Source of the DNA: an uncultured delta proteobacterium
GTDB taxonomy: Bacteria; Desulfobacterota; Binatia; UBA9968
DNA length: 64,000 nucleotides
Reading direction: 5' to 3'
Assembly (NCBI GenBank): GCA_963847445.1
Contig: CAWJZV010000007.1
Coordinates: 256,001 to 320,000, forward strand
Below the pieces are notes generated by a model that was not told the DNA's origin, did no database searches, and worked only from the letters and a program-made list of their open reading frames with translations. This document shows, in pieces, positions 10,082 through 23,597 of this stretch. Positions within the stretch are counted from its first letter, which is position 1; each line of letters begins with the position of its first letter. The translations under genes and the position numbers were made by a program.

Positions 10082-11215
10082 TTATTGCTTGCCCATCGCC
10101 TTGGACCATTCGTAGTCCGGGTTTTTGTAGCATTCATCAGGCATAATGCTCTTGATGCCGCGCTTGCCCAACTCTTCCTCGAACTTCTGGCGAATAAACG
10201 GATCCTCGTTCGGGTACTCGATCTGATCCTTGGCGCGGTCCTCGACCTTTTCCGCGTGGCCGTGGAACTGCATGGGCGGATGGAGTGCCAGATAGCGCGC
10301 CATATCGCCGCCGGCATTGAAATGTTGATGAAACCATTTATCCGGCGGCGTGATCATGCTGCACTCATGCCACGGACAGACGATTTTCTCTTTGCCCTCT
10401 TCCCACATGATCGAATAACCTTCACCGGCCGGAATGATGATCGCCCGGCCGGGGCCATGGCGGTGCGCTTTCTTGTAGGTCTTGGGCGCGAACACCGACA
10501 TATGGGCGGTCAGTTCGGAATTGGGGAACTGCATGAACACGCTCTTGCCGCCGGCGCCGCGCCGTTCGTTGGCGTCGAGCTTGTTCCAGGCGCGCATGTC
10601 GGGAAAAAAGTTGCCATACCAGAAGGCGCGCATGCCTAAACCTTCGTCGGCGTCCTTGGCTTGAACCATTTTCGCTTCCGAGTAAAAATCGCCCTGGTCG
10701 GCGGTGATTTTCGGCTCGTAGGGATTGTTGAAATACATGTCCGGTTCCGGCAACGCCGACATCGCCATCGGCATATAGCTGTAATGAAAAAGTTTAACCG
10801 GCTTGTCGCCGGTCATGTTGCTGAAGACATGCCAGTGATTACGCGGCACGAGAAACATCGAGTGCTCTTGCCATTCGAAGTTCTTCTTGGCTTTGCCTTC
10901 ACCAGACCACACGGTGGTCAAACCACGGCCGGAGCAAACGTAAACGACCTCATCCAACGCGAACTTGACCGGCGGCAACGACTTACCGGGCGGGACTTCA
11001 GTCACGCGCGCGGCGCTGACGCCTTCTTGGCCCCACAGCTGAATGAAGGCGGCCTTGCAGCCTCTTTCCTCCCACCACTCCAACTCGACGGTGCGCAGAT
11101 CGGGAATAAAATAACCCTTATGGATTGGAATGCCTTTCGACTTCATCCACCGGTCGTAGGTAAATTCCTTGCTCCACATGGTTATAACGGGTTCTTGACT
11201 AGCTGCTTCGGCCAT
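10082..11215 (-). CDS. Bicupin-domain protein (gentisate 1,2-dioxygenase-like fold), function unknown
   Basis: Two cupin repeats: EVPPGKSLPPVKFALDEVVYVCSGRG..NHWHVF and KKAHRHGPG..GEGYS..WFHQHFN; GGAGG RBS. Confidence 0.8.
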   Translation of the reverse strand: MAEAASQEPVITMWSKEFTYDRWMKSKGIPIHKGYFIPDLRTVELEWWEERGCKAAFIQLWGQEGVSAARVTEVPPGKSLPPVKFALDEVVYVCSGRGLTTVWSGEGKAKKNFEWQEHSMFLVPRNHWHVFSNMTGDKPVKLFHYSYMPMAMSALPEPDMYFNNPYEPKITADQGDFYSEAKMVQAKDADEGLGMRAFWYGNFFPDMRAWNKLDANERRGAGGKSVFMQFPNSELTAHMSVFAPKTYKKAHRHGPGRAIIIPAGEGYSIMWEEGKEKIVCPWHECSMITPPDKWFHQHFNAGGDMARYLALHPPMQFHGHAEKVEDRAKDQIEYPNEDPFIRQKFEEELGKRGIKSIMPDECYKNPDYEWSKAMGKQ

Positions 11216-11253
11216 AAAACTTCCTCCTTACTGCTTGCTCTTATCCTACTTAC

Positions 11254-11670
11254 TTATCTTCTTGTTTCTTTACTAGCAACCTGGAGCCTGGCCAGCGCGC
11301 GCCGCTGAGCTTCTTCCAGTTGCGCATACTCTGGGTCTTCGAAGTTGAGCTCGCCCAGCGCTTTTCGGCGCGCTCCTTGGCGCGCTGCGCCCGCGCCATG
11401 TCGATCTCGCCGGCGAACTCCGCCGCCGAGGCCAGAACGGTCATGACGTTATCCAAGCACTTCGGCATAGCCGCCACCGACCACCAATACGTGACGCGCG
11501 GCGCCTTGCTTGTAGCTCATCTCGCCGGCGACCAAAGTCGACAAGAACGAAATATGATTGGGCAACACGCCGAACTCGCCCAGTTCGCCCGGCGCGCTGA
11601 CCTCGTCGACTTCTTCGTCGAGGACCAACCGGCTCGGGGTTACGACTCTCAGTCTAATTTTATCTGCCAT
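11254..11670 (-). CDS. atpC: ATP synthase F1 epsilon subunit (frameshifted)
   Basis: LRVVTPSRLVLDEEVDEVSAPGELGEFGVLPNH...GGYAEV, then EIDMARAQRAKERAEKR in another frame. Confidence 0.93.
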
Positions 11671-11701
11671 CTTCTCTCGATTGCGAACGTCTATTCCGAA
11701 A

Positions 11702-11790
11702 TTGAACGACTTGAACGGTTTGAACCGTTTGAACGAAATGTGACTTTTCGTTCCAGCCGTTCAAATCGTTCAAACAGTTCAAACCGTTAA
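11702..11790. repeat. Inverted array of 9-bp tandem repeats (TTGAACGGT)x4 / (CGTTCAAAC)x4
   Basis: Directly visible in the atpD-atpC spacer; can fold into a long hairpin. Confidence 0.85.
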
Positions 11791-11808
11791 TTCCGCCTCA
11801 ATAACGGA

Positions 11809-13323
<1,515 letters not shown>

Positions 13324-14192
13324 TTACTTCAATGCTTCCGCCGTGCCGACGATTTCCAACAGCTCGCGCGTGATCGACGCCTGGCGCGCGCGGTTCATTT
13401 GCAGCGTCAACGAGCCGATCATCTTCGAGGCGTTGCCGGTCGCCGATTCCATCGCGGTCATGCGCGCGCCATGCTCGCTGGCGGTCGCTTCCAACAACGC
13501 CCGCTGCACGGCGACGCCCGTGATGCGCGGTAAAAGACTCGCCAAGAGCTGCTCGACCCCAGGCTCGTACAAATACTCCGTCTGCTGTTGCGCTTGAACT
13601 TCATTGGTCTCGGCCAGGCCACCGGCAGGAGTTTCTCCAGCGTCGGCACTTGGGACAATGCCGAGCGGAAGCGGCTGTAGACGAATGTAAACCGCATCCA
13701 CTTCGCCGCCGACAAACCGGCTGATTAGTTTCTGCGCGATCTCGCCGGCCAATTCGTCCGCCGCTTTGTAGAGAATATCGATGTAGCGGTCGGCAATCTT
13801 GGCGCCGCGCCGGCGAAAATGGTCGCCGCCCTTGCGGCCCGACTAAGGTCAACTCGATCTGCCGATCGTCGTCTGCTGCCGGATAAAGGCCTCCGCCGCA
13901 CGGATCATGTTGGTGTTGTAGCCGCCGCAAAGCCCGCGATCCGAGGTGAATAGCACCAGCTGAATCTTTTTCTCCTCGCGGGGCGTCAGCAGCGGATGGG
14001 CATCACTTGGCGACCCGAGCCGACACATTTTTTAGCAACTCGGTCATCTTCTCGGCGTAGGGCCGGGCTTGCACCGCGGCTTCCTGAGCGCGCCGCAGCT
14101 TGGCCGCCGAGACCATTTTCATGGCCTTGGTGATCTGCTGGGTGTTGCGTAACCGAGCCGATCCGTTTACGTATGACTTTAAGTGTTGCCAT
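13324..14192 (-). CDS. atpG: ATP synthase F1 gamma subunit (frameshifted)
   Basis: [14 protein letters not shown]..., [28 protein letters not shown]...[16 protein letters not shown]. Confidence 0.95.
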
Positions 14193-14232
14193 GTCTATCG
14201 ATGTCCGGACTACGGGATTAGGGCGTCGGGTG

Positions 14233-14260
14233 ACTCGAAACTCAAACCCGAAACTCGTAA

Positions 14261-14262
<2 letters not shown>
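14233..14262. repeat. Short ~7-bp tandem repeat (ACTCGAA)x4
   Basis: ACTCGAA ACTCAA ACCCGAA ACTCGTA ACT immediately after the atpA stop. Confidence 0.55.
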
Positions 14263-15772
<1,510 letters not shown>

Positions 15773-15782
15773 TGATTACTCC

Positions 15783-16325
15783 TTAATAACCGCGCGCGAT
15801 GCGCTGTTTCATCCTGGCCAATTGCGTTCGCACGCTGCCGTCGTAGATCTTTCCTTCCAGCTCCACTTGCAGGCCGCCGAGCAACTCCGGGTCGACGACT
15901 TGCTGCAAGATCACCTCTTTGCCGGAAAGGCTGCGCAGCTGGCCACGCACGCGCTCGACCAGCGCCGGCTCAAGGGCTGAAGCGCTAATCACTTTGGCGT
16001 CGACCCGGCCGCGCGCTTCGTTGAGCAAGCGGCGATAGCAGTTGACGATGCCGGTCAAGTGGCTCAAGCGATCGCGCTCCAAAAGCAGCGACAGAAACCT
16101 GACGGTCAATGACGATAGCTTTTGACTCTGGGCGACCTGATTAAGGATCTGTTTGCGCGTATCGACGGCGAAAGCGGGATTGGTGAGAACTTGTTGCAGG
16201 GCGGAATTGCTATAGTCCGAAAAAAACTGTTCGACTTCGACGCCGACGGCATCTTCCTGACCGCCGTCGCACGCCAATTGAAACAGCGCCCTGGTGTATC
16301 TGCGTGCTAAGCTGCCTTCGATCAT
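15783..16325 (-). CDS. atpH: ATP synthase delta subunit
   Basis: [35 protein letters not shown]; position in operon. Confidence 0.93.
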   Translation of the reverse strand: MIEGSLARRYTRALFQLACDGGQEDAVGVEVEQFFSDYSNSALQQVLTNPAFAVDTRKQILNQVAQSQKLSSLTVRFLSLLLERDRLSHLTGIVNCYRRLLNEARGRVDAKVISASALEPALVERVRGQLRSLSGKEVILQQVVDPELLGGLQVELEGKIYDGSVRTQLARMKQRIARGY

Positions 16326-16876
16326 CGCGCCTGTCCAATACTCTGGATAAATTCGTCCGCCAGGCGGTTTTGATCGTCCACCGACAGGTTGCGTTGAAGC
16401 AATGCCCGCGCCGTGGCTTCGGCCTGGATCGCCATGTCCTCGCGGATTTTTTGCCGTGCCATTTTTACTTCCTGATCGGCGAGAATGCTGGCGTCGGCTT
16501 TGATCTTCACCGCCATGGCATTGGCTTCGCCGACGAGCTTAGCTTTGTCGCGCTCGCCTTCATCGCGCAGTGTTGCTTGCAGACTCCGCACTTGCTGGTC
16601 GAGGGCGGCCAACTTGGCTTTGTACTCGTCAACCAGCGCCTGGGCCGCGGCTTTTTTTGCCGAGGCTTGCGCCATCGTGGCGACTACTTGGTCGCGGCGA
16701 TTTTGCAGAAAACTGCGCACTGGGGGGAGTGCGAACTTGATGATAATGAAAGCGTAAATGAGAAAATTGAGGGCCGGAAAGATAACCTCAGTGATCGACG
16801 GAACATGATGTTCAGCGCCGCCGGCGGCCCAAGCCTGGGCGATCGTGAATAGACCGAGAAAATCCTGGCTGGTCAC
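16322..16876 (-). CDS. atpF: ATP synthase F0 subunit b
   Basis: N-terminal extension with His run, one TM (LNFLIYAFIIIKF), long coiled coil; synteny. Confidence 0.88.
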   Translation of the reverse strand: MTSQDFLGLFTIAQAWAAGGAEHHVPSITEVIFPALNFLIYAFIIIKFALPPVRSFLQNRRDQVVATMAQASAKKAAAQALVDEYKAKLAALDQQVRSLQATLRDEGERDKAKLVGEANAMAVKIKADASILADQEVKMARQKIREDMAIQAEATARALLQRNLSVDDQNRLADEFIQSIGQAR

Positions 16877-17301
16877 CCGACTCTCCTCCCAAGAACTTTA
16901 TGCACCATGTCGGCAGCCACGGCGCTGACTTCCGCCGCGGCCAGACGCTTTTCCTGTTCCATGGCAGCGGCGACTTCCTGTCTGACCTGATCGAGAGTCC
17001 GGGTGGCCTCGTCACGCGCCTGGCCCAAGATCTTTTCGCGCTGCTGGCGCGCATCCTGATTGATCGCCTCTTTGGCCGCGTAGCCCACGGCTTGGCCCTG
17101 GGCGATTTGCTCATCGAACTGGGCCTTGAGCTTGGCGCCCTCATGCTCCAAGTCCACCGAATCATGCTGCGCCCCGGTGGTTTTATGCTCGCGCTCTTCC
17201 AGCAAACGCAAATACGGCTGAAATAGCAGCTTATTGAGAATCAGCCAGAGAACGACAAACAGGACGATCTGATAGACTATGCTGTAATCAAGGTGAATCA
17301 T
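16873..17301 (-). CDS. ATP synthase F0 subunit b'
   Basis: MIHLDYSIVYQIVLFVVLWLILNKLLFQPYLRLLEER plus coiled coil; synteny. Confidence 0.88.
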   Translation of the reverse strand: MIHLDYSIVYQIVLFVVLWLILNKLLFQPYLRLLEEREHKTTGAQHDSVDLEHEGAKLKAQFDEQIAQGQAVGYAAKEAINQDARQQREKILGQARDEATRTLDQVRQEVAAAMEQEKRLAAAEVSAVAADMVHKVLGRRVG

Positions 17302-17465
17302 GGATCAACGACCGCTTTCAAACATGCTCTCACTTGGGTTCCGCTGCATCCGCAATGGCGCAACCCAGTACCCAATTAATAAAAAACCTACATTCTCGAT
17401 TGAACGTAGGATCTAGGATCGGGAGGTGACGGACAGCGAACCGAAGTCTAATTCTGACAATCAGA

Positions 17466-18022
17466 TTACAGCTTAGGCGCTGCAGCCACAGCGGCTTTAT
17501 CGGCGCTTGGGCTGCGGGAACCTGCGACTTCACCCTTTTGCTTCGCAACTCCCATGGAGCAGTCACCGTCAAGCACCACGCCCTCGGTGATTAGCAGCCG
17601 GGGCGCGTCGATGTTGCCGATCAAGCGGGCCGGTGCCAACAGCTCGATCCGTTCCTTGGCGGTGACATTGCCTTCGACTCTGCCGCGGATAATCACGACT
17701 TGGGCGGTGATCTTCGCTTTCACTTCCGCTTCCTCGCCGATGGTGAGGATGCCCTGGCAATTAATCTCACCGTCGACCTTGCCATCGATGCGCGCCGGCC
17801 CTTGAAAGCTTAACTCACCGGTGACGCGGCTGCCTTTATATAGATAACCGACCAAACCCGCAGTTGTCTGCGGCGGGGCGGCGGTACTTCTATCTTGGCA
17901 GCAGGCGGCACTGGAGCTGCGCTTACTGGAACAGGCTCTGGCGCTGGTTTCGCTGCTTGTGCCACGCTTTGCGGCTCCGTTTCGGTTTTTTTTCCGCCAG
18001 AGTTTTTATCAAACCAAGCCAT
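17466..18022 (-). CDS. Bactofilin (polymer-forming cytoskeletal protein) with Pro-rich N-terminus, frameshifted near 17860
   Basis: GSRVTGELSFQGPARIDGKVDGEI...LTIGE..VIIRGRVEGNVTAKERIEL...GNIDAPRLLITEGVVLDGDCSM. Confidence 0.9.
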
Positions 18023-18324
18023 TTTTTGGTTCTCCCCGTGGTTGGGCAGAGTTTCCTATAACATCCGAGAATCTCATTGTCAAAACGCAGTAGCGGAAAC
18101 CAACAAGGCTTGTTTGCTGGCCGACGGTCCGCATGCACCCCTTGATCCAACTAAATCTCGAAAGCCAGAAAAGGCCACTCTCGGCCATCCCGAAAATCGA
18201 CAAATTGCGGCATGTTCTTGACCGCTTGCGCCACTTTGTTTAGCTTAGAGCGATAATTCGATATGAACAATTTCTGTTTACTCACTAAGGGCGATCTCCT
18301 GGTCCTAGCCTGTATCGCCCAGCT

Positions 18325-18599
18325 ATCGTCGCCATCGTGCGCGGCGTGATTCATACCCGCGACTATCCCGAAGATGCGATCCACCATGATGAAACATTGG
18401 CGCATGGAGCGGCGAAGTGTCTGTGGACGCTGACAATTTAGTGAAAGAAGCGCTGCAACCCGTGCCCACAGAAAAGGGCGTCGAACTGATGGCCCAATGA
18501 CAAGCCGTGGCGCTCAATACCAAACCGAGGCGGCCGGTGCGCGAATATATGGACCTGCGCTTCGTCAATGAAGTGATGGCCGAATTAACTCAGAAATAA
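18325..18599 (+). pseudogene. C-terminal relic of an NMT1/SsuA-like substrate-binding protein gene
   Basis: Manual translation [77 protein letters not shown]. It resembles the C-termini of SBPs in this window (DFMDMRFVAEL, FVDLRFVKKL). It has an internal stop and no 5' part. Confidence 0.65.
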
Positions 18600-18615
18600 T
18601 CAACAGGAGGCAAGA

Positions 18616-19212
18616 GTGAAAAGAATATTTATCGTCGCCATGCTGTGCGCCGTTTTTGGGCTCGGTAACCAGGCCAATAGCCAAGAAAAAAAAGGGCCGC
18701 TTTACGCCACGCTGAAAACCAGCATGGGCGACATCGTGATTCAGCTGTTCGACGAAAAAGCGCCCAAGACGGTGGCCAACTTCGTCGGCCTCGCCACGGG
18801 CACAAAAGAATGGACCGATACCAAGAGCGGCGAGAAAGTGAAGAAGCCGCTGTATAACGGCACGATCTTTCACCGCGTCATCCCCGGCTTCATGATTCAA
18901 GGCGGAGATCCCTTGGGCAACGGCACCGGCGGGCCGGGTTTTCGCTTCGAGGATGAATTCCATCCCGACCTGCGCCACACCAAAGGCGGCGTCCTGTCGA
19001 TGGCCAACGCCGGGCCGAATACCAACGGCAGCCAATTCTTCATCACCCTCGCGCCGACCCTGCACTTGGACAACCGCCACAGCGTATTTGGTGAAGTGGT
19101 CAAGGGACAGGAAGTCGTCGTTGCCATCGGCGCCACCCCGCGCGACGGACGCGACCGGCCGAGCAAAGATGTCGTAATCAAAGAAGTGGTGATTTCGCGC
19201 GGCAGCTTTTGA
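18616..19212 (+). CDS. Cyclophilin-type peptidyl-prolyl isomerase with signal peptide
   Basis: [51 protein letters not shown]. Confidence 0.96.
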   Translation: MKRIFIVAMLCAVFGLGNQANSQEKKGPLYATLKTSMGDIVIQLFDEKAPKTVANFVGLATGTKEWTDTKSGEKVKKPLYNGTIFHRVIPGFMIQGGDPLGNGTGGPGFRFEDEFHPDLRHTKGGVLSMANAGPNTNGSQFFITLAPTLHLDNRHSVFGEVVKGQEVVVAIGATPRDGRDRPSKDVVIKEVVISRGSF

Positions 19213-19245
19213 GTCTTCAGCGTTGCCGTCCAACAGGAGAAAGCG

Positions 19246-20218
19246 ATGAAACTCCGCCGCACCGCGATGTTGGTTCTATTGATAACGTCGGTCGTGGCTA
19301 GGATCGGCTTCGCCGCTGAAACATCTCTGCTCCAGGCCACCGCAGTCTATGGCGTCATCGCCACCGATCCGATTTATCTGTGGATCGCTCAGGAGAGAGG
19401 CTTCTTCAAAAAGAACGGCCTCACCATCGACCTCACCCATATTCCAACCACCCAGGCGGTGCAGGCTTTGGTCAGCGGCAAGATTCACTTCACCACCGCC
19501 GGCCCGCAAATCATCGAAGCCAATCTCGCCGGCGCCGACACGGTTTACATTTTGAGTCCGGTCAATACGTTTCGTCTTCTCGCTTTATAGCAAGCCGGAA
19601 ATTACCAACATGAAAGGTCTCGCCGGCAAGACCATCGGCGCGACCAATAAGGGAACGCCCACCGACATCGCCGGACACATGGTTGTCGCGCAGAGCGGCC
19701 TCAAGCCGGATATCGATGTCAAATTCGTTTATCTGAAGGAACTCCCCGCCCTGGTCGCCGCGTTGCAGCAAGGTATCATCGATTCGGCAATTCTCTCGGC
19801 GCCGAGCACGCTCACCGCGCGCAACTTCGGCTTAAGAGAGCTGCTCAATATCACCGCGTTGAAAATTCCTTTCGTGCAGCACTCGATCGGCACGACGCGC
19901 TCGTTCATCAACGCCAACCAAGATCTGGTGCGGCGCTTTGTCCGCAGCGCGGCTGAAGGAATTGACTACGCGCGCAAGAACCGCGCCGACGCCATTACGA
20001 TCATGTCCAAATATACCAAGATCACCGACCCCGCCCAGCTGCAAGAATCGCTGTCAACCAATGAGCCGGGGTGGGAGCGCATTCCGACACCGAACCAAGC
20101 GGCCATCGAAGCCGTGTTGGCGGCGTCGCCAAACCCAAAAGCAAAAGAGGCCAAATGGGATCAGTTCATCGACGACCGGTTTGTCAAAGAATTGGTCGCC
20201 GCGGGGGTGTTTAAATAG
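19246..20218 (+). CDS. NMT1/SsuA-like ABC substrate-binding protein (frameshift near 19575)
   Basis: Signal peptide, WIAQERGFFKKNGL, GLKPDIDVKFV, FIDDRFVKEL. Confidence 0.85.
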
Positions 20219-20240
20219 GGCAGACCTGCGTGTCTGCCCT
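20216..20240. repeat. GTAG-type REP-like palindrome
   Basis: TAGGGCAGAC-CTGCGT-GTCTGCCCT hairpin between convergent genes. Confidence 0.6.
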
Positions 20241-20264
20241 GAATTTCATTCACCGCCAGACTAG

Positions 20265-21338
20265 TCATTCCAAGTCATACGGCACGCCGACCTGTTCGCT
20301 GACCGCTCTCAATCCCTTGAGCACCGAACCGTGCAGCGGAATGCCGCGTTCCGATCTTTCCTCGGCGGTTTCAAATTCAATTTCCCCAGCCACGTAGACT
20401 CGGCTCTCGCCTTCGACTGGCGGCGTCGATTTTAACTCGCGGATCAGCCGGTCCATGTCGGCTGTGAATTCCGCGGCTGGGCGAAATGCTGCCGGGTTAA
20501 TCGCGCCGAAAAAGTGGCCGCGCGGTTCTTGGTTGGCATTCAAAGCCGTGACCGTGCCGGTGAGCACGCCGCAGAGAATTTCCACGAGGATGCCTAAACC
20601 GTAGCCTTTATGGCTGCCGCTCTCGCGCGAGCCGCCAAGCGGCAACAAACGACGCGCCCGCTGCGCCACTTTGGGATCCGTCGTCGGTTCGGCTTTTTCG
20701 TTCAATGCCCAGCCCGTCGGAACCGGCTTGCCCAGGCGAATCGCCAATTCCAATTTGCCCGCCGCCGCAGTGGTGGTCGCCATGTCGAGGACGAAAGGTT
20801 TTTCGTCTTTTGCCGGCACGGCAAAGCTGATCGGATTGGTGCCGAAGCGCGCTTCGCGGCCAAAGGTCGGCACCACTTGCCGGCTCGCGTTGGTCATGGC
20901 GATGCCGATCATGTCATGAGGCAACGCGAGCATGGAATAATAGGCCGACATGCCGTAGTGCCGGCTATTACGAACCGTGACGATGCCGACACCCGACTCT
21001 TTGGCCTTGTTAATCGCCAGCTCCATCGCCCGGTGGCCGGCGACGAAGCCCATGCCATTGTCGGCATCGAGCAGCGCGGTGGACGCATTCTCCGTGACGA
21101 CGCGAATATTCGGCTTCGCCGTCATCGCGCCGTCGCGCAGCCACTTCACATACCAAGCGTGCGGGTTGAAGCGAATCACGCCATGGGTATCGACGCCGCG
21201 CAAATCGGATGCCACCAGGACATTGGCGGCGATCTCGGCGTCGCCCGCCGGCACGCCGAGTTTTTCAAATGAACGGCTGACGAAGCGAATCAGTTTCTCA
21301 TGATTGATACGGGTCATACCGGTTGCATCGGTGGCCAT
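20265..21338 (-). CDS. Ldh_2-family (AllD/ComC/DpkA-like) NAD(P)-dependent oxidoreductase
   Basis: ASDLRGVDTHG, NSRHYG, GTNPISFAVP, LDMATT, HKGYGL. Confidence 0.92.
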   Translation of the reverse strand: MATDATGMTRINHEKLIRFVSRSFEKLGVPAGDAEIAANVLVASDLRGVDTHGVIRFNPHAWYVKWLRDGAMTAKPNIRVVTENASTALLDADNGMGFVAGHRAMELAINKAKESGVGIVTVRNSRHYGMSAYYSMLALPHDMIGIAMTNASRQVVPTFGREARFGTNPISFAVPAKDEKPFVLDMATTTAAAGKLELAIRLGKPVPTGWALNEKAEPTTDPKVAQRARRLLPLGGSRESGSHKGYGLGILVEILCGVLTGTVTALNANQEPRGHFFGAINPAAFRPAAEFTADMDRLIRELKSTPPVEGESRVYVAGEIEFETAEERSERGIPLHGSVLKGLRAVSEQVGVPYDLE

Positions 21339-21401
21339 GAAATCCTCCCAGAGATTACTTGCGCACACCTATCTTTGATCTTGTTCCTCTGTCAACCCCG
21401 C

Positions 21402-21430
21402 TTGACGCTCCAACCGCGTTTCCCTATGTT
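21402..21430 (+). promoter_or_regulatory. Putative sigma-70 promoter
   Basis: TTGACG-N17-TATGTT upstream of the SBP gene at 21492. Confidence 0.5.
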
Positions 21431-21491
21431 ACCCACAGCCGAAGAGATCTCGCTATGGCCACTTCTCAGCCGATCGCAGGAGACTTTGCTG

Positions 21492-22527
21492 ATGATGAAA
21501 TTGTTCGATTCGCCAGCGCGACTGACTCTCGCCGCTATCTGCTGCGCTCTAATCGCCGTCGTCAGAGGTCGCCAATATCGGCGCCGCCGAATTGCCCCTG
21601 GTGCGCATCGCCCACGGCGCTTTCAGCGAAAAAGTCGTCGCATTATGGCTAGGCAATGAACAAGGTCTGTTTCGCAAGCATGGCGTCAACGTCGAAGTCA
21701 TCAACATCCGCAGCGGCCCGCAGACCATGGCGGCGCTGGTTTCCGGCGACATCCAAGTCGCCTACACCATTCCTGGATCGGTCGTCAGCGCCGCAACCGG
21801 CGGTTTAGACGTCGCGTTCTTCGCCGGCATCGTCAACAAAGCCGACGGCGATTTCATTGCCGGGACGAGCATTCGCAGCGCCGAGGATTTAAAAGGCAAA
21901 CGGATCGGTGTGCAGAGCATCGGCGGCGGGGTCTGGTCGATGGCGATGCTCGCCATCGAGCATCTCGGTTTGGAACCGAATCGAGATAAAATGACGATCA
22001 TGGTTATCGGCGACTCGCCGGTGCTGGCGCAATCGCTGGAATCCGGCGGCATCGAAGCGACCTATCTCAATTACACCCACAGCCGGGCACTGAAAGAGAA
22101 GGGTCTTCCGGTTCTACTCGACTTGGGCAAGGCGCCGATTCCCTATCAAGGACTCGCGGCGGCGACCCGGCGCGGCTATCTCAAGCAAAATCCCCAGATC
22201 GTCGATTCACTCATGCGCGGCTTTGTCGAAACCGTGGCGTTTATTCACAAGCCGGGAAACAAGGAAATCGTCATCAAGTCTCTGGTTAAAAATCTACGCT
22301 TAAGAAGCAGCCAAGACGCGGAGATCGGCTACGCGGCATTGCAATGGTTGTACAACCTCGATATCAAGCCAACCATCCCTGGCATTCAAAACATGGCGCG
22401 CTTCCTCGCCCTGTCGAATCCAAAAGTAAAAACCGTGAAAAGCGAAGACGTGGTCGACGAAGCGCCCTGGCAACGTTTGGAAAAAAGCCCGTTCTATCGG
22501 GAAGTGCTGGCCGCTGCTAAAAAGTAA
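21492..22527 (+). CDS. NMT1/SsuA-like ABC substrate-binding protein (frameshift in signal region)
   Basis: GLFRKHGVNVEV, ALVSGDIQ, DLKGKRIGV, GLEPNRD. Confidence 0.85.
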
Positions 22528-22574
22528 AGCGTCGTCCTGGCCGATCTATCCGCAGAACTACAACTATTGCGAGT

Positions 22575-23580
22575 TTATCTGATCCCCAGATACTCGTTGT
22601 AAACCTTCATGTACTTGTCGTAGCCGCCCTCAGCGCGGATGACATGTGCGGTACCGCTTTCCATGAGCTGATCGATATCCTTGGACTGGCTTCTGACGCC
22701 TTTTCTGAGGGGAATTTTTCCCGCCGCTGCCAGGGCTCGTTGCCCTTCAGCGGAGAGATAGAAATCGATGAGGATCTGCGCCGCCAGCAGGGTGTAGGGG
22801 ATTTTTCACCATGGCTATGGTGGAAATAGTCGCCAGGGTCTGCGTCGCGGGTAGCCAATCCACCGGCGCCTCTTTGCGTTTCATCGCTTCGAGTTTGGAG
22901 ACCTGCATGAAACCGGTGAGCGGGTATTCGCCCGCGGCCATCATGTTGATCGTGTGGCTATAGCCTTCGACTAACCTTAAGTCCTGCTGGCTGAGTTTTT
23001 TGAAATAAGCCGTGCCCTGCTCGTCACCGCGCAGCGATACCATACCGGTCAGTGGGTAGGGCACACCGCGGTTAACGGCGATTTGACTCTTGTACTGCGG
23101 CCGCAAGTAATCGTCATAATTTTTCGGCACCGCGGACTTCGCAAGTAGCCGGGGATTGAAGCCGGTGACGAGCAAATCGGTGGTTATGCCGGACCAGAAT
23201 CCGTCACTATCCCACGCGCCTGACAGCAGATTCTTGGTTTCCGCCGAGCGATACTGGCCCAGCACGCCCTGTTGCTTAAGATAAAGCAGCGGCTCGGGGC
23301 TATTGCCCAAAACATCGCCCTGAACGCGGCCGGCGCGAAACTCCTGCATCACCCGCGCCGTTTGCCGCGATGAACTGAGATAAACATGACGGAGATTGAG
23401 ACCGGGATATTTTTCTTTAAAAGCTTTGCTGAAATGCTCGAAGTCGCCCACGGTCATGGTCGTGTAGAGAATGACCTCGCCGCCTTCCTTCTTCGCCTGA
23501 TTCACCAGCTCGACCGACTGCGCCCAAGCGATGGTCGGCAAGAAAATAGCCAGCAATAATAGAATTTTTGCAGTCATCAT
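22575..23580 (-). CDS. Extracellular solute-binding protein, Fe3+/AfuA-like family (frameshift near 22790)
   Basis: AKKEGGEVILYT, FKEKYPG, VMQEFRAGR, AAGEYP, APVDW; C-terminus DFYLSAEGQ... in another frame. Confidence 0.85.
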
Positions 23581-23597
23581 GCCGTTCTCCTTCAGCG

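Noticed and set aside
11702-11790. Repeat arrays as a CRISPR
   Set aside because: The units are 6-9 bp, contiguous and inverted, with no spacers and no cas genes.
15783-17301. Absence of atpB/atpE as an incomplete ATP synthase
   Set aside because: Split atp operons with b and b' ahead of the F1 genes are normal in Deltaproteobacteria-like lineages.
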